Below, in pieces: positions 28,057-38,809 of a stretch of 64,000 nt of DNA (within the stretch, counting starts at the first letter, position 1; the number at the start of each line of letters is the position of its first letter). The notes below the pieces were generated by a model. That model was not told the DNA's origin. It made no database searches and saw only the letters and a list, made by a program, of their open reading frames with translations. The position numbers were made by a program, and so were the translations under genes. The DNA comes from Rubripirellula sp. (GTDB lineage Bacteria; Planctomycetota; Planctomycetia; Pirellulales; Pirellulaceae): positions 1,632,001 to 1,696,000 of the forward strand of contig OZ244207.1 of the NCBI GenBank assembly GCA_965216875.1, given 5' to 3'.

Positions 28057-30084
28057 CTAGCGAGACTTGTGATAGCGGTTTTGAAGCCGCCAATGCTGCT
28101 CTTCAACCAACTCGTGGCGACTCACTTCACCGTCCCGATTGTGGTCGAGATAGCTGTAACGCTGGACAACACGAGGCAATTCGAGAGTCGTCACCCGTCC
28201 GTCACCGTTTTTGTCAAATCGTTTGATGTAGGCGTCTGCGAAGGCTTCCGCTTCGACGAGGAGTTCGAGGTCGATCCGGCGCATCTCTTCGACGGCTTCC
28301 TTGGACCGTTTGGCGTTTTCAATGGAGGCCGATTTTTGGCGTGGTTCAGCGACGGCTAGAAAGGCAACGGCCATTTCCTGCCACGTTTGGTCGCCCCAGG
28401 TCACATACTCGGTTGGGTCAGGGTTGGTCGGGTTGTCAGCCGAATTGTCGAACACGGCGGTAAAGTCGATTGCTTCGACGGAAGATAACTCCATCGGCTC
28501 GACGAATTGGTAGTTGTGTTGCCAGTTGAAATCGTACTGAGGGACGCTGAGGAGTTTTTGGTTCGTTCCGTCCTGCGAGCGAGCCGTCATTTCAAACGAT
28601 TTGCCGCGAACATGCATGTGGGGTGTGATCGACAACAGAAAACCGTCTTTGGGAAACCAGCCGACATCGGCCGAAACGCGATGAGCCTTGTCATGAGGCT
28701 CAATCTCAAACTCTTGCTCGATCCCTGCGATTGCAAACACCTCATGCGTGACGTTGGCGTCGTCCTCGAACAGCAGTCCGATCTTGGTGATGTCCGACTC
28801 GGGTTTTCCGGTCGGCGTGTAATGCATCTGGAAAACGAATTTCGAGCCTGCGCGAACGCGCGTAGCGAATCCCTCGGGAAGCGTCGGCTGACGTTGGCCT
28901 GGCACGTAGCCGGCAAGTAGACCGATGTCGCGAAAGTCGGACCCGTCGGGCGGCCGAACAAAGGTGATGCAATGATGGACGACCGCGCGGTTGCCGGGGA
29001 TGACTTCCGCTCCACGAATCCAAACGTCTTTTTTGAATTTGGGGTCAACGACAAAGTACTGGTATTCGACTGTGCCCGTCGCAGGAACATCAAAGGGCGT
29101 GTCGCTCATCTTGAGGACGAGATCAGGATCTCGCTCCAGCTGCCAGCCTTTGACGTATTGCTTTGCAGCGGGTAGATCTGCAGCGTCGCCGTAGGGCATC
29201 CCGGCATCGACCCAGGCAGTGAGTGTCCTTTTCTCGGTGTCGGTCATGTGACGGGTGTTTGCGAACTCGCCATGGTTCGGATCGGCGTGCCAGGGCGGCA
29301 TCCGCCCTTGTTCGATCACCTCGAGCGACATGTCGGCCCAACCGACAATTTCGTCGTACTCGTCCAAATGGAAGGGACCAATTTCGCCTTCACGGTGACA
29401 TTCGACACAGTGTTTTTGCAGAATCCGCGCGACCTGATTGCAGTAGGTGATGTCGTTACTGGCAGAGCCGACGCTTCTGGGCATTGCGATCAAACATCCG
29501 ACCGGTTCGGTTTGCCGGACTTCGATCTTCTTTCCGGCAAGCGACGCGTCGATTGCATCACGCAAGTGGTGAACGCTCGGCTTGGGGCGTGCCACGCCCG
29601 GAAGGTATTGGTCATCAATTCGGCCGCGGTAGACGACGGTGCCGGCGCGATCGAGCACGATCACTTCTGGCGTGCGCGTGGCACCAAGTGCTTTGGCAAT
29701 GGATCGGTCGTAGTCCTTGACGACCGGAAACTTCACTTGGTGCGCCTCGACGTAAGCACTCAGGTCGTCTTTCGAATCTTGCACGTTGCTGTTGACGCCA
29801 ACAAAACGCACTCCGTCCGAGGCATAGCGAGTCGCCATTTCCTGAAGTCGTGGGCCGTACAGTTTCGCGAGCGGGCATTCCGTACCGAGGATGCAGATGA
29901 CGTGCAGCTTAGTGCCCACTTCGCTAAGGAAGAGAGGGTGCGCGTTGCCATCGGCGTCGGTGAGTGAGACATCCAACGCAGCCGTTTCGATCGATGCGAT
30001 TTCGGCGGCGGCACATGGGTGAAGTCCCTGCGGCAAGACCGAAAGTGCGAGCAGCAGGACAATCAGCTTCAGTTTCATTTTCAA
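28057..30084 (-). CDS. Secreted redoxin + c-type heme + copper-monooxygenase-like + EF-hand multidomain protein
   Basis: GTECP...ATRTPE...YRGRIDD (AhpC/TSA), CVECH, VVHHC / QMHY / PHMH / EM, DKNGDGRV and DHNRDGEV EF-hand-like loops. Confidence 0.85.
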   Translation of the reverse strand: MKMKLKLIVLLLALSVLPQGLHPCAAAEIASIETAALDVSLTDADGNAHPLFLSEVGTKLHVICILGTECPLAKLYGPRLQEMATRYASDGVRFVGVNSNVQDSKDDLSAYVEAHQVKFPVVKDYDRSIAKALGATRTPEVIVLDRAGTVVYRGRIDDQYLPGVARPKPSVHHLRDAIDASLAGKKIEVRQTEPVGCLIAMPRSVGSASNDITYCNQVARILQKHCVECHREGEIGPFHLDEYDEIVGWADMSLEVIEQGRMPPWHADPNHGEFANTRHMTDTEKRTLTAWVDAGMPYGDAADLPAAKQYVKGWQLERDPDLVLKMSDTPFDVPATGTVEYQYFVVDPKFKKDVWIRGAEVIPGNRAVVHHCITFVRPPDGSDFRDIGLLAGYVPGQRQPTLPEGFATRVRAGSKFVFQMHYTPTGKPESDITKIGLLFEDDANVTHEVFAIAGIEQEFEIEPHDKAHRVSADVGWFPKDGFLLSITPHMHVRGKSFEMTARSQDGTNQKLLSVPQYDFNWQHNYQFVEPMELSSVEAIDFTAVFDNSADNPTNPDPTEYVTWGDQTWQEMAVAFLAVAEPRQKSASIENAKRSKEAVEEMRRIDLELLVEAEAFADAYIKRFDKNGDGRVTTLELPRVVQRYSYLDHNRDGEVSRHELVEEQHWRLQNRYHKSR

Positions 30085-30248
30085 AACATTGAAAAGGCAG
30101 TTGGGCGATCAGAATGCGTTTGGGGAACGCCGATCGGTCGTTTGCATATTGTCGCCGCAAATCATTCAGGGGACAATCGCGTTCTGTCATCCGCTTGGCC
30201 AAAGTTTTTCGTTGTAGTGGCATCGGATGCTCCGGGAGACCGTGAATC

Positions 30249-30998
30249 TTGAGTGACGCCAACCAGCTATTTGTTGCGGGCACACAAAAAGGTGGCACAT
30301 CGTCGCTTTTTCGTTGCTTGATCAGCCATCCGGAGATTTCGCCCGCGACTCGCCCGGGCACGGATCAACTTGTCAAAGAGATGCATTTTTTCGGCAAGCA
30401 TTGGGGCGAAGGGGTTGCGTGGTATCGCTCACACTACGGTGGCGACGGGGGTTTTCATCTCGATGCGACGCCCAACTATCTGTGCACGCCCAACGCACAC
30501 GGCCGCATGCACGGTCTTTTTCCAGACGCACGCATCATCCTCTCCCTGCGCAATCCTGTGGATCGCGCTTTCAGTCAATACAATCACTACATGCAAGATA
30601 TGCCTGAATCGCGCTCGTGGGATTGGCAATGCCCAGGCGATCGATTCATTGACAACCTCGAAGCGGAAATCGAGTCGCCGAAACCCAAGTGGTACGGCAT
30701 GTTGCAACGAGGCTTTTACATTGACCAGATCGAACACCTGACCGCCTACTATCGTCGCGACCAAATTCACGTCATGGTGCTCGAGCAGTGGGCGACAAGC
30801 GTCCCCGCGATGCTAGACGGCATTGCGAGTTTCTTGGACATTGATTCAGCGCCAATGCAACAATGCGTTTCGCACGTTCGCGATTACACGGTCATGCCGA
30901 TGGAGCGTGAGATCCGCGAACGGCTCGGCTCGATCTATCGCCCCTACAATCGGCGTCTGTTTGAATGGCTTGGTTGCGAGATCCCCGAGTGGCAGTAG
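30249..30998 (+). CDS. PAPS-dependent sulfotransferase
   Basis: GTQKGGTSSL (5'-PSB loop), KEMHFF, DATPNY, LRNPVDRAFSQY (3'-PB). Confidence 0.92.
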   Translation: MSDANQLFVAGTQKGGTSSLFRCLISHPEISPATRPGTDQLVKEMHFFGKHWGEGVAWYRSHYGGDGGFHLDATPNYLCTPNAHGRMHGLFPDARIILSLRNPVDRAFSQYNHYMQDMPESRSWDWQCPGDRFIDNLEAEIESPKPKWYGMLQRGFYIDQIEHLTAYYRRDQIHVMVLEQWATSVPAMLDGIASFLDIDSAPMQQCVSHVRDYTVMPMEREIRERLGSIYRPYNRRLFEWLGCEIPEWQ

Positions 30999-31005
30999 CT
31001 TGACC

Positions 31006-31503
31006 ATGCGATTGAAAATGAAGTCGTTCTCGATTCGCGCGCTTCTGGTGCTAACGCTATTGGTCGCGATCGTCCTCGCGTTCCCGGTCAAGAAAGCGAG
31101 GAAGCAAAAGCGCGGTCGGCAATGGGTCGCCGATCAACGCGGTCACGTCTACTTTGAATATGGACTTGACCACGCCACCGGCGACTATGCGATTCCCGTG
31201 ATCCCACAGTCCGTCGTGCGCTTGCTGGGGGTCGATCTATTCAACCCCGTGCGGACGGTTGTGTTTGATTGCGAAGAACTTGTCGAACTTGAACCGATCA
31301 CGGACATGCCGTCGCTGGAAACGGTCGTCATCAATATCGAGATGGCCGACTCGATTGATCTTTCGCCCCTGAAAGAGCTGCCTGAGCTAAAGGAATTGCA
31401 CTTGAGCGAATGGTCTCGTGCGTCGGCCGAACAAGTCGCTGAGTTGCGAGTCTGGATGCCGCAGGTCAAGATCATGTCGGATACCCATGGCGACGGTGGA
31501 TAG
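31006..31503 (+). CDS. Membrane-anchored short LRR-like hypothetical protein
   Basis: FSIRALLVLTLLVAIVLA N-terminus typical of planctomycete proteins; DLSPLKELPELKELHL. Confidence 0.72.
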   Translation: MRLKMKSFSIRALLVLTLLVAIVLAFPVKKARKQKRGRQWVADQRGHVYFEYGLDHATGDYAIPVIPQSVVRLLGVDLFNPVRTVVFDCEELVELEPITDMPSLETVVINIEMADSIDLSPLKELPELKELHLSEWSRASAEQVAELRVWMPQVKIMSDTHGDGG

Positions 31504-31562
31504 AGCTTTTCTTGCCGGCCGCGTTATCGATAAGCCCTGCGATCAGCGAGTGAGAAACTGTC

Positions 31563-32525
31563 GTGCGCCTATGCTTGGATCGAATTGAAGCCGCATCGAG
31601 AGAAATCTCGCCGCTCTTTTGTCAGACGCCACAATTTGAATGTGAGCCGCTGTCGAATGCCCTGGGGTGTTCGGTGACGTTGAAGGTCGAAACGATCAAT
31701 CCGATTCGATGTTTCAAGGGTCGCGGGACGGAAGTCGCCGTTTCTCGAGCAATTGGCCAAGGTGCCGATTCGGTGGTGTGCGCGAGTGCCGGGAATCTTG
31801 GACAAGCGGTTGCCTACAGTTCACGCCGCCTTCACATCCGATCAACCGTCGTTGCTTCTCGGTCCGCCGCCAGATTCAAACTTGACCGAATTACGAGTCT
31901 TGGAGCAACGCTTGAATTAGTCGATGGGGATATTGAACAGGCCAGGGATGTGGCACGCCGCATTTCGCAAGAAGAGGGAGCCTATTTGATCGAGGACAGC
32001 GAAAACATCGGCACTTGTGAAGGAGCAGCAACGATTGGGATGGAGCTTACCGAGGATGCGCGAAGCGGTGAGCTGGACCATGTGTTGGTTGCACTTGGGG
32101 GTGGCGCGATGGCCTCGGGGGTTGGCGTCGTTTTCAAAGACCGTTCGCCTGAGACGCAGGTTGTTTGCGTGCAGCCGACCGGCGCGCCGGCGATGACGCT
32201 GTCATGGCGAGCCAAAAAGGTCGTTCAGACCGATGAGATCAATACGATCGCAGATGGCGTGGCGGGGCGTTTTCCAATTCCTGAAGTGCTCGACGATCTG
32301 CTCGAGGTGGTTGATGACGCGTTGCTCGTTGACGAGTCGAGCATTGTCGAGGCGATGAGGCTGTTGTATCGGCACGCAGGCCTGGTGACCGAGCCGTCCG
32401 CCGCGCTCGGTGTCGCCGCTCTGCTCGAAAACCGCGATCGTTTCGAGGGTCGCCGCGTCGCATCCATCATCTGCGGCGCCAACGTTTGTCCCAAGCAATT
32501 CAGTCATTGGATCCAGCAGCCGTGA
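31563..32525 (+). CDS. PLP-dependent threonine/serine dehydratase family protein
   Basis: LKVETINPIRCFKGRG, ASAGNLGQ, LGGGAMASG, TIADG, EPSAA, CGAN. Confidence 0.9.
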   Translation: MRLCLDRIEAASREISPLFCQTPQFECEPLSNALGCSVTLKVETINPIRCFKGRGTEVAVSRAIGQGADSVVCASAGNLGQAVAYSSRRLHIRSTVVASRSAARFKLDRITSLGATLELVDGDIEQARDVARRISQEEGAYLIEDSENIGTCEGAATIGMELTEDARSGELDHVLVALGGGAMASGVGVVFKDRSPETQVVCVQPTGAPAMTLSWRAKKVVQTDEINTIADGVAGRFPIPEVLDDLLEVVDDALLVDESSIVEAMRLLYRHAGLVTEPSAALGVAALLENRDRFEGRRVASIICGANVCPKQFSHWIQQP

Positions 32526-32554
32526 GCCGAACGCGCTAGCGCGTTCGGCTCATG

Positions 32555-32953
32555 TCAGGGCCATTGAACGCCATCGCCATTGCTGACCAATAATTCAAAT
32601 CCGTCGAGGGATGGGTCGGATGCGTAATGATAGGTCCAGGCCGAGATGGGCTTGTCGCTGCCGAAGAGCAGCACGTCGATTTGAACGCGCAGGTAAAGGT
32701 CGGGCTGGCCAGGTTGGTTGGTGCCCTCGATTTCATCGAGTCGGTCGAGGACGCGAGTCATGTCGTCAGGGTCAAACATCCACAGTTCGCCGTGGACTTG
32801 ATCATCACCCGATGTCATCGCGGGATAGTCGGGGCGACCATAGAGTTGCCCTTGGGAGTGCGCGGGCTGGATCGAAAGTGGTCGCGCAGGCCAGAGCGAA
32901 GCGCGGCATTGACCTCGCTTGAGCGTTCCGTAAGCAAATACTGCGTTGGTCAT
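32555..32953 (-). CDS. Gamma-glutamylcyclotransferase (AIG2-like)
   Basis: VFAYGTLKRG, YPAM, VHGEL, LDEIEG. ATG start at 32953. Confidence 0.88.
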   Translation of the reverse strand: MTNAVFAYGTLKRGQCRASLWPARPLSIQPAHSQGQLYGRPDYPAMTSGDDQVHGELWMFDPDDMTRVLDRLDEIEGTNQPGQPDLYLRVQIDVLLFGSDKPISAWTYHYASDPSLDGFELLVSNGDGVQWP

Positions 32954-33084
32954 CGCAAACCGTCCCGACTCACCGGCTGAATTTGTCAGAATCGTTTCAT
33001 CGGGCTTCCCAATCGGGGAAGACTCCATCATTATCTCCTTTTCGCCAACTCTGCCTATCGGTTTTGCTCCCCGACCCTTCGCCA

Positions 33085-33750
33085 ATGTCACTTGATCCCG
33101 AATTCGTCGCGGCCCTTCAGCGTCACTCGATGGAAATCGACGAGCAAATTGCGCTTCGGCTTCAGGAGTATGCACAGCTGCTGTGGCAGTGGAACGAGAA
33201 ACTCAATTTAACGCGTCACACCACCTGGGACCTCTTTGTCGGTCGTGATTTGCGTGACTGCTTGCAGTTGGCACCGTTGCTCAAGGAAGGCGAAGAAGTA
33301 CTGGATTTGGGCAGCGGCAACGGCGTCCCTGGGATTCCACTTGCGATCCTACGCCCTGATTTCGACATGGCATTGGCTGAATCGGTGGCAAAACGAGCTG
33401 CTGCACTTGGCGAAATCGTTGCGGAGCTTGACCTGCCGGTGCCCGTTTACGGTGCTCGCGGCGAAGATTTGCTCGAAGATTTCCGGTTCTCTTCGGTCGT
33501 CAGCCGAGCGGTAGGAAGCATCTCGAAATTTTGCCGCTGGATCGAACCTCATTGGACCAATGTGGATCGTTTGCTGTTGATCAAAGGCCCAAAATGGGTC
33601 GAGGAACGGGGGGAAGCGAGGCACTTGGGTGTTTTGGCCAACCTGCAGGTGCGCAAAGTGGCTGCCTACTCGCTGGGAAGCGAAGACGACTCCGAGGGCG
33701 TGATTTTGCAAATCTGGCCCAAGGGTGTCGACGAATCACGGTTTAATTAG
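33085..33750 (+). CDS. rsmG: 16S rRNA m7G527 methyltransferase
   Basis: WNEKLNLT, LDLGSGNGVPGIPLAI, SRAV, IKG. Confidence 0.93.
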   Translation: MSLDPEFVAALQRHSMEIDEQIALRLQEYAQLLWQWNEKLNLTRHTTWDLFVGRDLRDCLQLAPLLKEGEEVLDLGSGNGVPGIPLAILRPDFDMALAESVAKRAAALGEIVAELDLPVPVYGARGEDLLEDFRFSSVVSRAVGSISKFCRWIEPHWTNVDRLLLIKGPKWVEERGEARHLGVLANLQVRKVAAYSLGSEDDSEGVILQIWPKGVDESRFN

Positions 33751-34026
33751 GCGAAATCGTGGTGTTAGGCCGCTCCAGACGCTTGATTCGTCTGGTCAGT
33801 TTCGGCCAGCCCTCTATACTCCACCTCAAATTTGGTGCCCCAATTGGGTCCCGGCAAGTGCCGACCCGACGCGCAGACAGATTTGAAACCGGATCGCTCC
33901 ACCCGCAACTAAGCGACGCCCCTCGTTTGGGCTGTCTGGAGCTGGTTTCGGTGAAATTGCTGGCTCTGAAAGCCGAACCCCAATGCGAACTGCAACCCAG
34001 ACGCATCAACACGATAAGACAGGAAG

Positions 34027-34938
34027 ATGTCGGACTACAGCCTTACCCACCTCAAGCAGCTTGAAGCGGAAAGCATCCATATCATCCGCGAAGTGGTCGC
34101 CGAGTTTCAAAAGCCTGTGATGCTCTATAGCGTCGGCAAAGACTCTGCCGTCCTTGTCCACCTGGCTCGCAAAGCGTTTTACCCAGCCAAGCCGCCATTC
34201 CCTTTGTTGCATGTCGACACGACTTGGAAGTTTCGCGAGATGATTGAGTTTCGCGACAACTACGCCAAGAACGAGCTTGGCCTCGACCTGCTTGTGCACA
34301 TCAACAAAGAGGGCCTCAAGCACGGGATCAAACCTTGGGAAGACAGCGAGCGTCACACCGAGTTGATGAAGACGGACTCGTTGAAGGCCGCGCTTGATCA
34401 TTACCAATTCGACGCCGCTTTTGGCGGTGCACGTCGCGACGAAGAGAAGAGTCGTGCGAAGGAGCGGGTTTTCAGTTTTCGCGACAAGTCGCATCGTTGG
34501 GACCCCAAGAACCAACGCCCCGAGCTTTGGAACATCTACAACGGCCGGGTCAACAAAGGCGAATCGATTCGCGTCTTTCCAATGAGCAATTGGACGGAAC
34601 TTGACGTTTGGCAATACATCCACCTGGAACAAATCCCAATCGTCCCTCTCTACTTGGCGGCACCGCGAAAAGTGGTCAACCGCGACGGCATTTTATTGAT
34701 GCTTGATGACGATCGGATGCCACTGCTTCCTGGTGAAAAAGAAGAAACACGCATGGTTCGCTTCCGAACGCTCGGTTGTTACCCGCTGTCGGGTGCCGTC
34801 GAAAGTGAAGCGACCACCCTTCCCGAAGTGATCCAAGAGATGTTGCTCGCCACGACGAGCGAACGCCAAGGCCGCATCATCGACCAAGACGAAGGTGGAG
34901 CCGGAATGGAAGCCAAGAAAGTACGCGGTTACTTCTAA
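34027..34938 (+). CDS. cysD: Sulfate adenylyltransferase subunit 2
   Basis: [43 protein letters not shown]. Confidence 0.98.
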   Translation: MSDYSLTHLKQLEAESIHIIREVVAEFQKPVMLYSVGKDSAVLVHLARKAFYPAKPPFPLLHVDTTWKFREMIEFRDNYAKNELGLDLLVHINKEGLKHGIKPWEDSERHTELMKTDSLKAALDHYQFDAAFGGARRDEEKSRAKERVFSFRDKSHRWDPKNQRPELWNIYNGRVNKGESIRVFPMSNWTELDVWQYIHLEQIPIVPLYLAAPRKVVNRDGILLMLDDDRMPLLPGEKEETRMVRFRTLGCYPLSGAVESEATTLPEVIQEMLLATTSERQGRIIDQDEGGAGMEAKKVRGYF

Positions 34939-35038
34939 GGGCTTCGGCATCCACCATCGATCGTTGCCACGTGAACCAAATCCGCGGCAATCTCACACAG
35001 CACCCGAATACTCCTAGCGTTTCGCAAACACACGTTCC

Positions 35039-36982
35039 ATGAGCCACAAGTCTGACCTGATCGCCACCGACATCGAGGCCTACCTCAAGCAACACGAGCA
35101 AAAGCAACTGTTGCGGTTCATCACGTGCGGTAGCGTTGATGATGGTAAGAGCACACTGATTGGCCGTTTGCTGTACGACAGCAAGATGATCTACGAAGAC
35201 GACATGAAGCGTCTTGAAGCGGATTCGAAGGTCGTAGGCACCACGGGCGGCAACTTTGACCCCGCGCTGTTGACCGACGGTCTGAAGGCCGAACGCGAAC
35301 AAGGCATCACGATTGATGTTGCGTATCGCTACTTCAGCACGGCGAAACGCAAGTTCATCATTGCGGACACGCCCGGGCATGAGCAATACACCCGCAACAT
35401 GGCGACCGGCGCCAGTTCGGCCGATTTGGCGGTGATCTTGATCGACGCCCGCCACGGTGTTTTGACGCAAACCAAACGCCACAGCTTCATCGTTTCGTTG
35501 CTTGGGATTCGTCACGTTGTTGTCGCCGTCAACAAAATGGACTTGGCCGATTTCGCCGAAGAACGTTTTGACGAGATTTGTGATGACTACCGTAAGTTCG
35601 CGGCGCGACTTGACCTGCCCGACTTGCACTTCATTCCGATCAGTGCACTCAATGGTGACAACGTCGTCGATCGCAGCGACAAGATGCCGTGGTACACCGG
35701 CAGCACGCTGATGAACTTCCTGGAAACGGTCTACATCGGTAGCGACCGAAACCTGCAAGACTTCCGCATGCCAGTTCAGTACGTGAACCGGCCCAACCTC
35801 GACTTCCGAGGATTCTGTGGCACGATCGCATCCGGCATCATTCGCCCCGGCGAAGAGATCATGGTGCTTCCGAGTCGTCAAACTTCCAAAGTCAAAGAGG
35901 TGGTAACCTTTGACGGTGCGCTTGAAGAAGCCTACGCGCCGCTTTCGGTGACACTGACGCTCGAAGATGAAATCGACGCCAGTCGCGGTGACATGATCGT
36001 TCGTTCGGGTAACGTCCCCAAGAGTCGCGATCAGATCGAAGCGATGCTCGTCTGGATGGATGGCGAGAAGATGGTGCCGGGCAAAACGTACCTGTTCAAA
36101 CACACGTCGCAGACCTTGCCGGGCACAATCGACACGCTCAAGTACCGCGTCGATGTGAACACGTTGCACCGAGCACCGGCTCCGCAACTCGAATTGAACG
36201 AAATCGGCCGAGTCAGCATCTCGTTGACCGGACCGTTGCATTTCGACGCCTATCGCCGCAACCGCAGCACGGGTGCGTTTATCGTTGTCGATCGCATCAC
36301 CAACGCGACGGTAGCATCGGGAATGATCCTGGACAAATCAGGAGACGGTTCGCCCAAGTCGGTTTGGGATGACGAAGTGGCGGCCGATTCAAGCAAAGAT
36401 CCAAACACCGTCGACACGGTCAGTGCTGATGATCGAGCGGCTCGTTTCGGGCAAAAGGCGGTGACGGTTCTGCTTACCGGTTTAACTGGCAGCGGCAAGT
36501 CGGCGATTGGACATGCGGTCGAGCGAAAGCTGTTCGATCAAGGTCGAGCCGTTTCGATGATCGATGGTGAACAGGTTCGCCGCGGACTCAGTCTCGACCT
36601 CGGCTACACCGCCGACGACCGCAGTGAAAACCTGCGCCGCAGTGCCCACTTGGCTGAAACGCTTAACAACGCTGGTCTGATCTGCATCGCTTCGTTTGTT
36701 GCACCGTCGGCGGACGTTCGCGGTAAAGTTGGCCAATTGCTCGGCGAAGAGCGTTTCTTGACCGTTCACGTTGCGACGCCGGTGGACGTTTGCCGCCAGC
36801 GTGATCAGAAAGGCCAATACGCAAAGGCAGACGCAGGTGAATTGCCAAACTTCCCTGGTGTGACAGCCGATTACGAAACGCCCGAGTCGCCCGATCTGGT
36901 TGTCGACGCGTCGGAAAAGTCAGTCGGCGAATGTGCTGACGCCGTGATCGCATTGCTACGAGACAAGGGCATGATCAAGTAG
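35039..36982 (+). CDS. cysNC: Bifunctional sulfate adenylyltransferase subunit 1 / APS kinase
   Basis: [35 protein letters not shown]-terminal [12 protein letters not shown]-kinase domain. Confidence 0.97.
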   Translation: MSHKSDLIATDIEAYLKQHEQKQLLRFITCGSVDDGKSTLIGRLLYDSKMIYEDDMKRLEADSKVVGTTGGNFDPALLTDGLKAEREQGITIDVAYRYFSTAKRKFIIADTPGHEQYTRNMATGASSADLAVILIDARHGVLTQTKRHSFIVSLLGIRHVVVAVNKMDLADFAEERFDEICDDYRKFAARLDLPDLHFIPISALNGDNVVDRSDKMPWYTGSTLMNFLETVYIGSDRNLQDFRMPVQYVNRPNLDFRGFCGTIASGIIRPGEEIMVLPSRQTSKVKEVVTFDGALEEAYAPLSVTLTLEDEIDASRGDMIVRSGNVPKSRDQIEAMLVWMDGEKMVPGKTYLFKHTSQTLPGTIDTLKYRVDVNTLHRAPAPQLELNEIGRVSISLTGPLHFDAYRRNRSTGAFIVVDRITNATVASGMILDKSGDGSPKSVWDDEVAADSSKDPNTVDTVSADDRAARFGQKAVTVLLTGLTGSGKSAIGHAVERKLFDQGRAVSMIDGEQVRRGLSLDLGYTADDRSENLRRSAHLAETLNNAGLICIASFVAPSADVRGKVGQLLGEERFLTVHVATPVDVCRQRDQKGQYAKADAGELPNFPGVTADYETPESPDLVVDASEKSVGECADAVIALLRDKGMIK

Positions 36983-37216
36983 CGTAGCTACCTTCGCCAG
37001 AAGGTGGTGGCGTTTCTTTACGCGTTCTCTCAGCGTGAGTTGCCATGAGCCGTGAACGCGTAAGCGGCCGGGCTTACGTTCATGCGCGCGCTTGGCAAAG
37101 GCCCGAGGCCTTACGGCCAGCGGCTCACGGCAATGTGTCCGGAGAGGGTCTGTTTTGCAACGGTCATTCCCTCCCCGGGCTTTAGCGCCCGACCCTCCCG
37201 CAAGCGGGAGGGTGAT
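36983..37216. repeat. Composite REP cluster (three families)
   Basis: CGTAGCTACCTTCGCCAGAAGGTGG; TGAGCCG...CGGCTCACGG inverted pair; CCCTCCCGCAAGCGGGAGGG. Confidence 0.82.
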
Positions 37217-37323
37217 TGTTGGATCGTACGTTATGGGTGCGAGGCCAATTCGGCAGGTCCTGGTGGGATCGGATAGAGTATTGCAACTCCTTCCTTTCGC
37301 GTCCCACCACCACGGCTACCGTC

Positions 37324-38760
37324 ATGACCCGACGAATTCTCTGGGCGACTCTCTCGTTCATCCTTCTTGCTTTCCCGTGCTTTGGCGAGACGGCGTCGGC
37401 TCAAAAACCGAACGTCCTGTTCATCGCGATCGACGACTTGAATGATTGGGTCGGATGCTTGGGGCGACACCCGAATGCGAAGACTCCAAACATTGACCGT
37501 TTAGCAGCGCGCGGCGTGTTGTTTTCCAACGCTCATTGCCAGGCACCGATCTGTGGGCCGAGTCGCGCGAGCCTGTTCACGGGGTTGCTGCCGACAACTT
37601 CGGGAATCTACGCACAGATCTCCGACAGGCAGATTCCCAAGGCGAGCGCAGCGGCCTCGAAAGCAACGCTGTTGCCCAAATACTTCGAGCAAAATGGTTA
37701 CCAGACCTTTGCCTGCGGAAAACTCTTTCACAACGGCGACAAAGCGAAGGTGTTTCAAGATTACGGAGGGCACTCGAGCTTTGGGCCGAAACCCAAGAAA
37801 CGATTCAAATACGATCCCGCTTGGTTCCCGGAAAAGATTGGTGGCACGCAGACGGATTGGGGGGCGTTTCCCGAAACGGATGCCGAGATGCCTGATTTCA
37901 AGATCGCTGCCTATGGTGTCAAGCAACTCGAGGCAAAGCACGACAAGCCATTTTTCTTGGCGGTGGGTTTCATGAGGCCACACGTCCCTTGGTACGTGCC
38001 TCAAAAATGGTTCGACATGCATCCGGTGGAAAGCGTTGCGTTGCCCCCGTATCTGGCGAACGATTTCGATGACATCCCGGAGATGTCGGCCAAGGTCAAC
38101 GAGCTACCAGCGATGCCAAGTACCGAGTGGGCCAAGAAAACGGGAGAATGGAAAAACATGGTGCAGAGCTACCTTGCCTGCACCTCGTTTGTCGACGCAC
38201 AAGTCGGCAAAGTGCTCGACGCACTCGACGCGAGTCCGTACCGAGACAACACGATCGTGATGCTTTGGTCGGATCACGGCTATCACCTTGGCGAGAAGAA
38301 TCGATTCGCAAAGCAAGCACTGTGGGATCGCGCCAATCGCATCCCGCTGATCATCTCGGCTGCTGGAACGAAGCCTGGTGTCTGCAATCAGCCGGTCGGA
38401 CTCATCGATCTTTACCCGACGCTTGTTGATCTGTGCGATTTACCGGCAAACCCTTCGAATGACGGACATTCGATCGTTCCGCTGCTTGAGGATCCGAAAT
38501 CGAATTGGGAGCATCCGACGCTCACCAGTTACGGGCCGGACAATCATGCCGTGCAAACCGAACGCTACCGGTTCTATCAGTACGAGGATGGTTCGATGGA
38601 GCTGTACGATCACGAGCGTGATCCGAACGAATGGAAAAACCTCGCCGCATCAAAACCTGAAATCGTCAAGCAGCATCGCGCGATGTTGCCGATTCAGCCC
38701 GCCGAGTCAGCCAAAGAGAACAAATACCCGACCAATCAGTACTTTCTTGATCGGTTTTGA
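37324..38760 (+). CDS. Secreted sulfatase (iduronate-2-sulfatase/choline-sulfatase-like)
   Basis: Signal peptide, KPNVLFIAIDDLND, CGPSRASLFTG, RPHVP, WSDHGYHLGEK. Confidence 0.94.
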   Translation: MTRRILWATLSFILLAFPCFGETASAQKPNVLFIAIDDLNDWVGCLGRHPNAKTPNIDRLAARGVLFSNAHCQAPICGPSRASLFTGLLPTTSGIYAQISDRQIPKASAAASKATLLPKYFEQNGYQTFACGKLFHNGDKAKVFQDYGGHSSFGPKPKKRFKYDPAWFPEKIGGTQTDWGAFPETDAEMPDFKIAAYGVKQLEAKHDKPFFLAVGFMRPHVPWYVPQKWFDMHPVESVALPPYLANDFDDIPEMSAKVNELPAMPSTEWAKKTGEWKNMVQSYLACTSFVDAQVGKVLDALDASPYRDNTIVMLWSDHGYHLGEKNRFAKQALWDRANRIPLIISAAGTKPGVCNQPVGLIDLYPTLVDLCDLPANPSNDGHSIVPLLEDPKSNWEHPTLTSYGPDNHAVQTERYRFYQYEDGSMELYDHERDPNEWKNLAASKPEIVKQHRAMLPIQPAESAKENKYPTNQYFLDRF

Positions 38761-38809
38761 CTGGTGGTGTGGTCGACCGCGGCGATGCTCCGCAGCGTTC
38801 GGTACCACG

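Noticed and set aside
32954..33175. Overlapping extensions of the GGCT and rsmG ORFs
   Set aside because: Family motifs begin at 32953 (minus strand) and 33085 (plus strand), leaving a normal divergent intergenic gap.
34006..36241. Long minus-strand ORFs of 208 and 454 aa
   Set aside because: Antisense shadows of cysD and cysNC, common in GC-rich genes.
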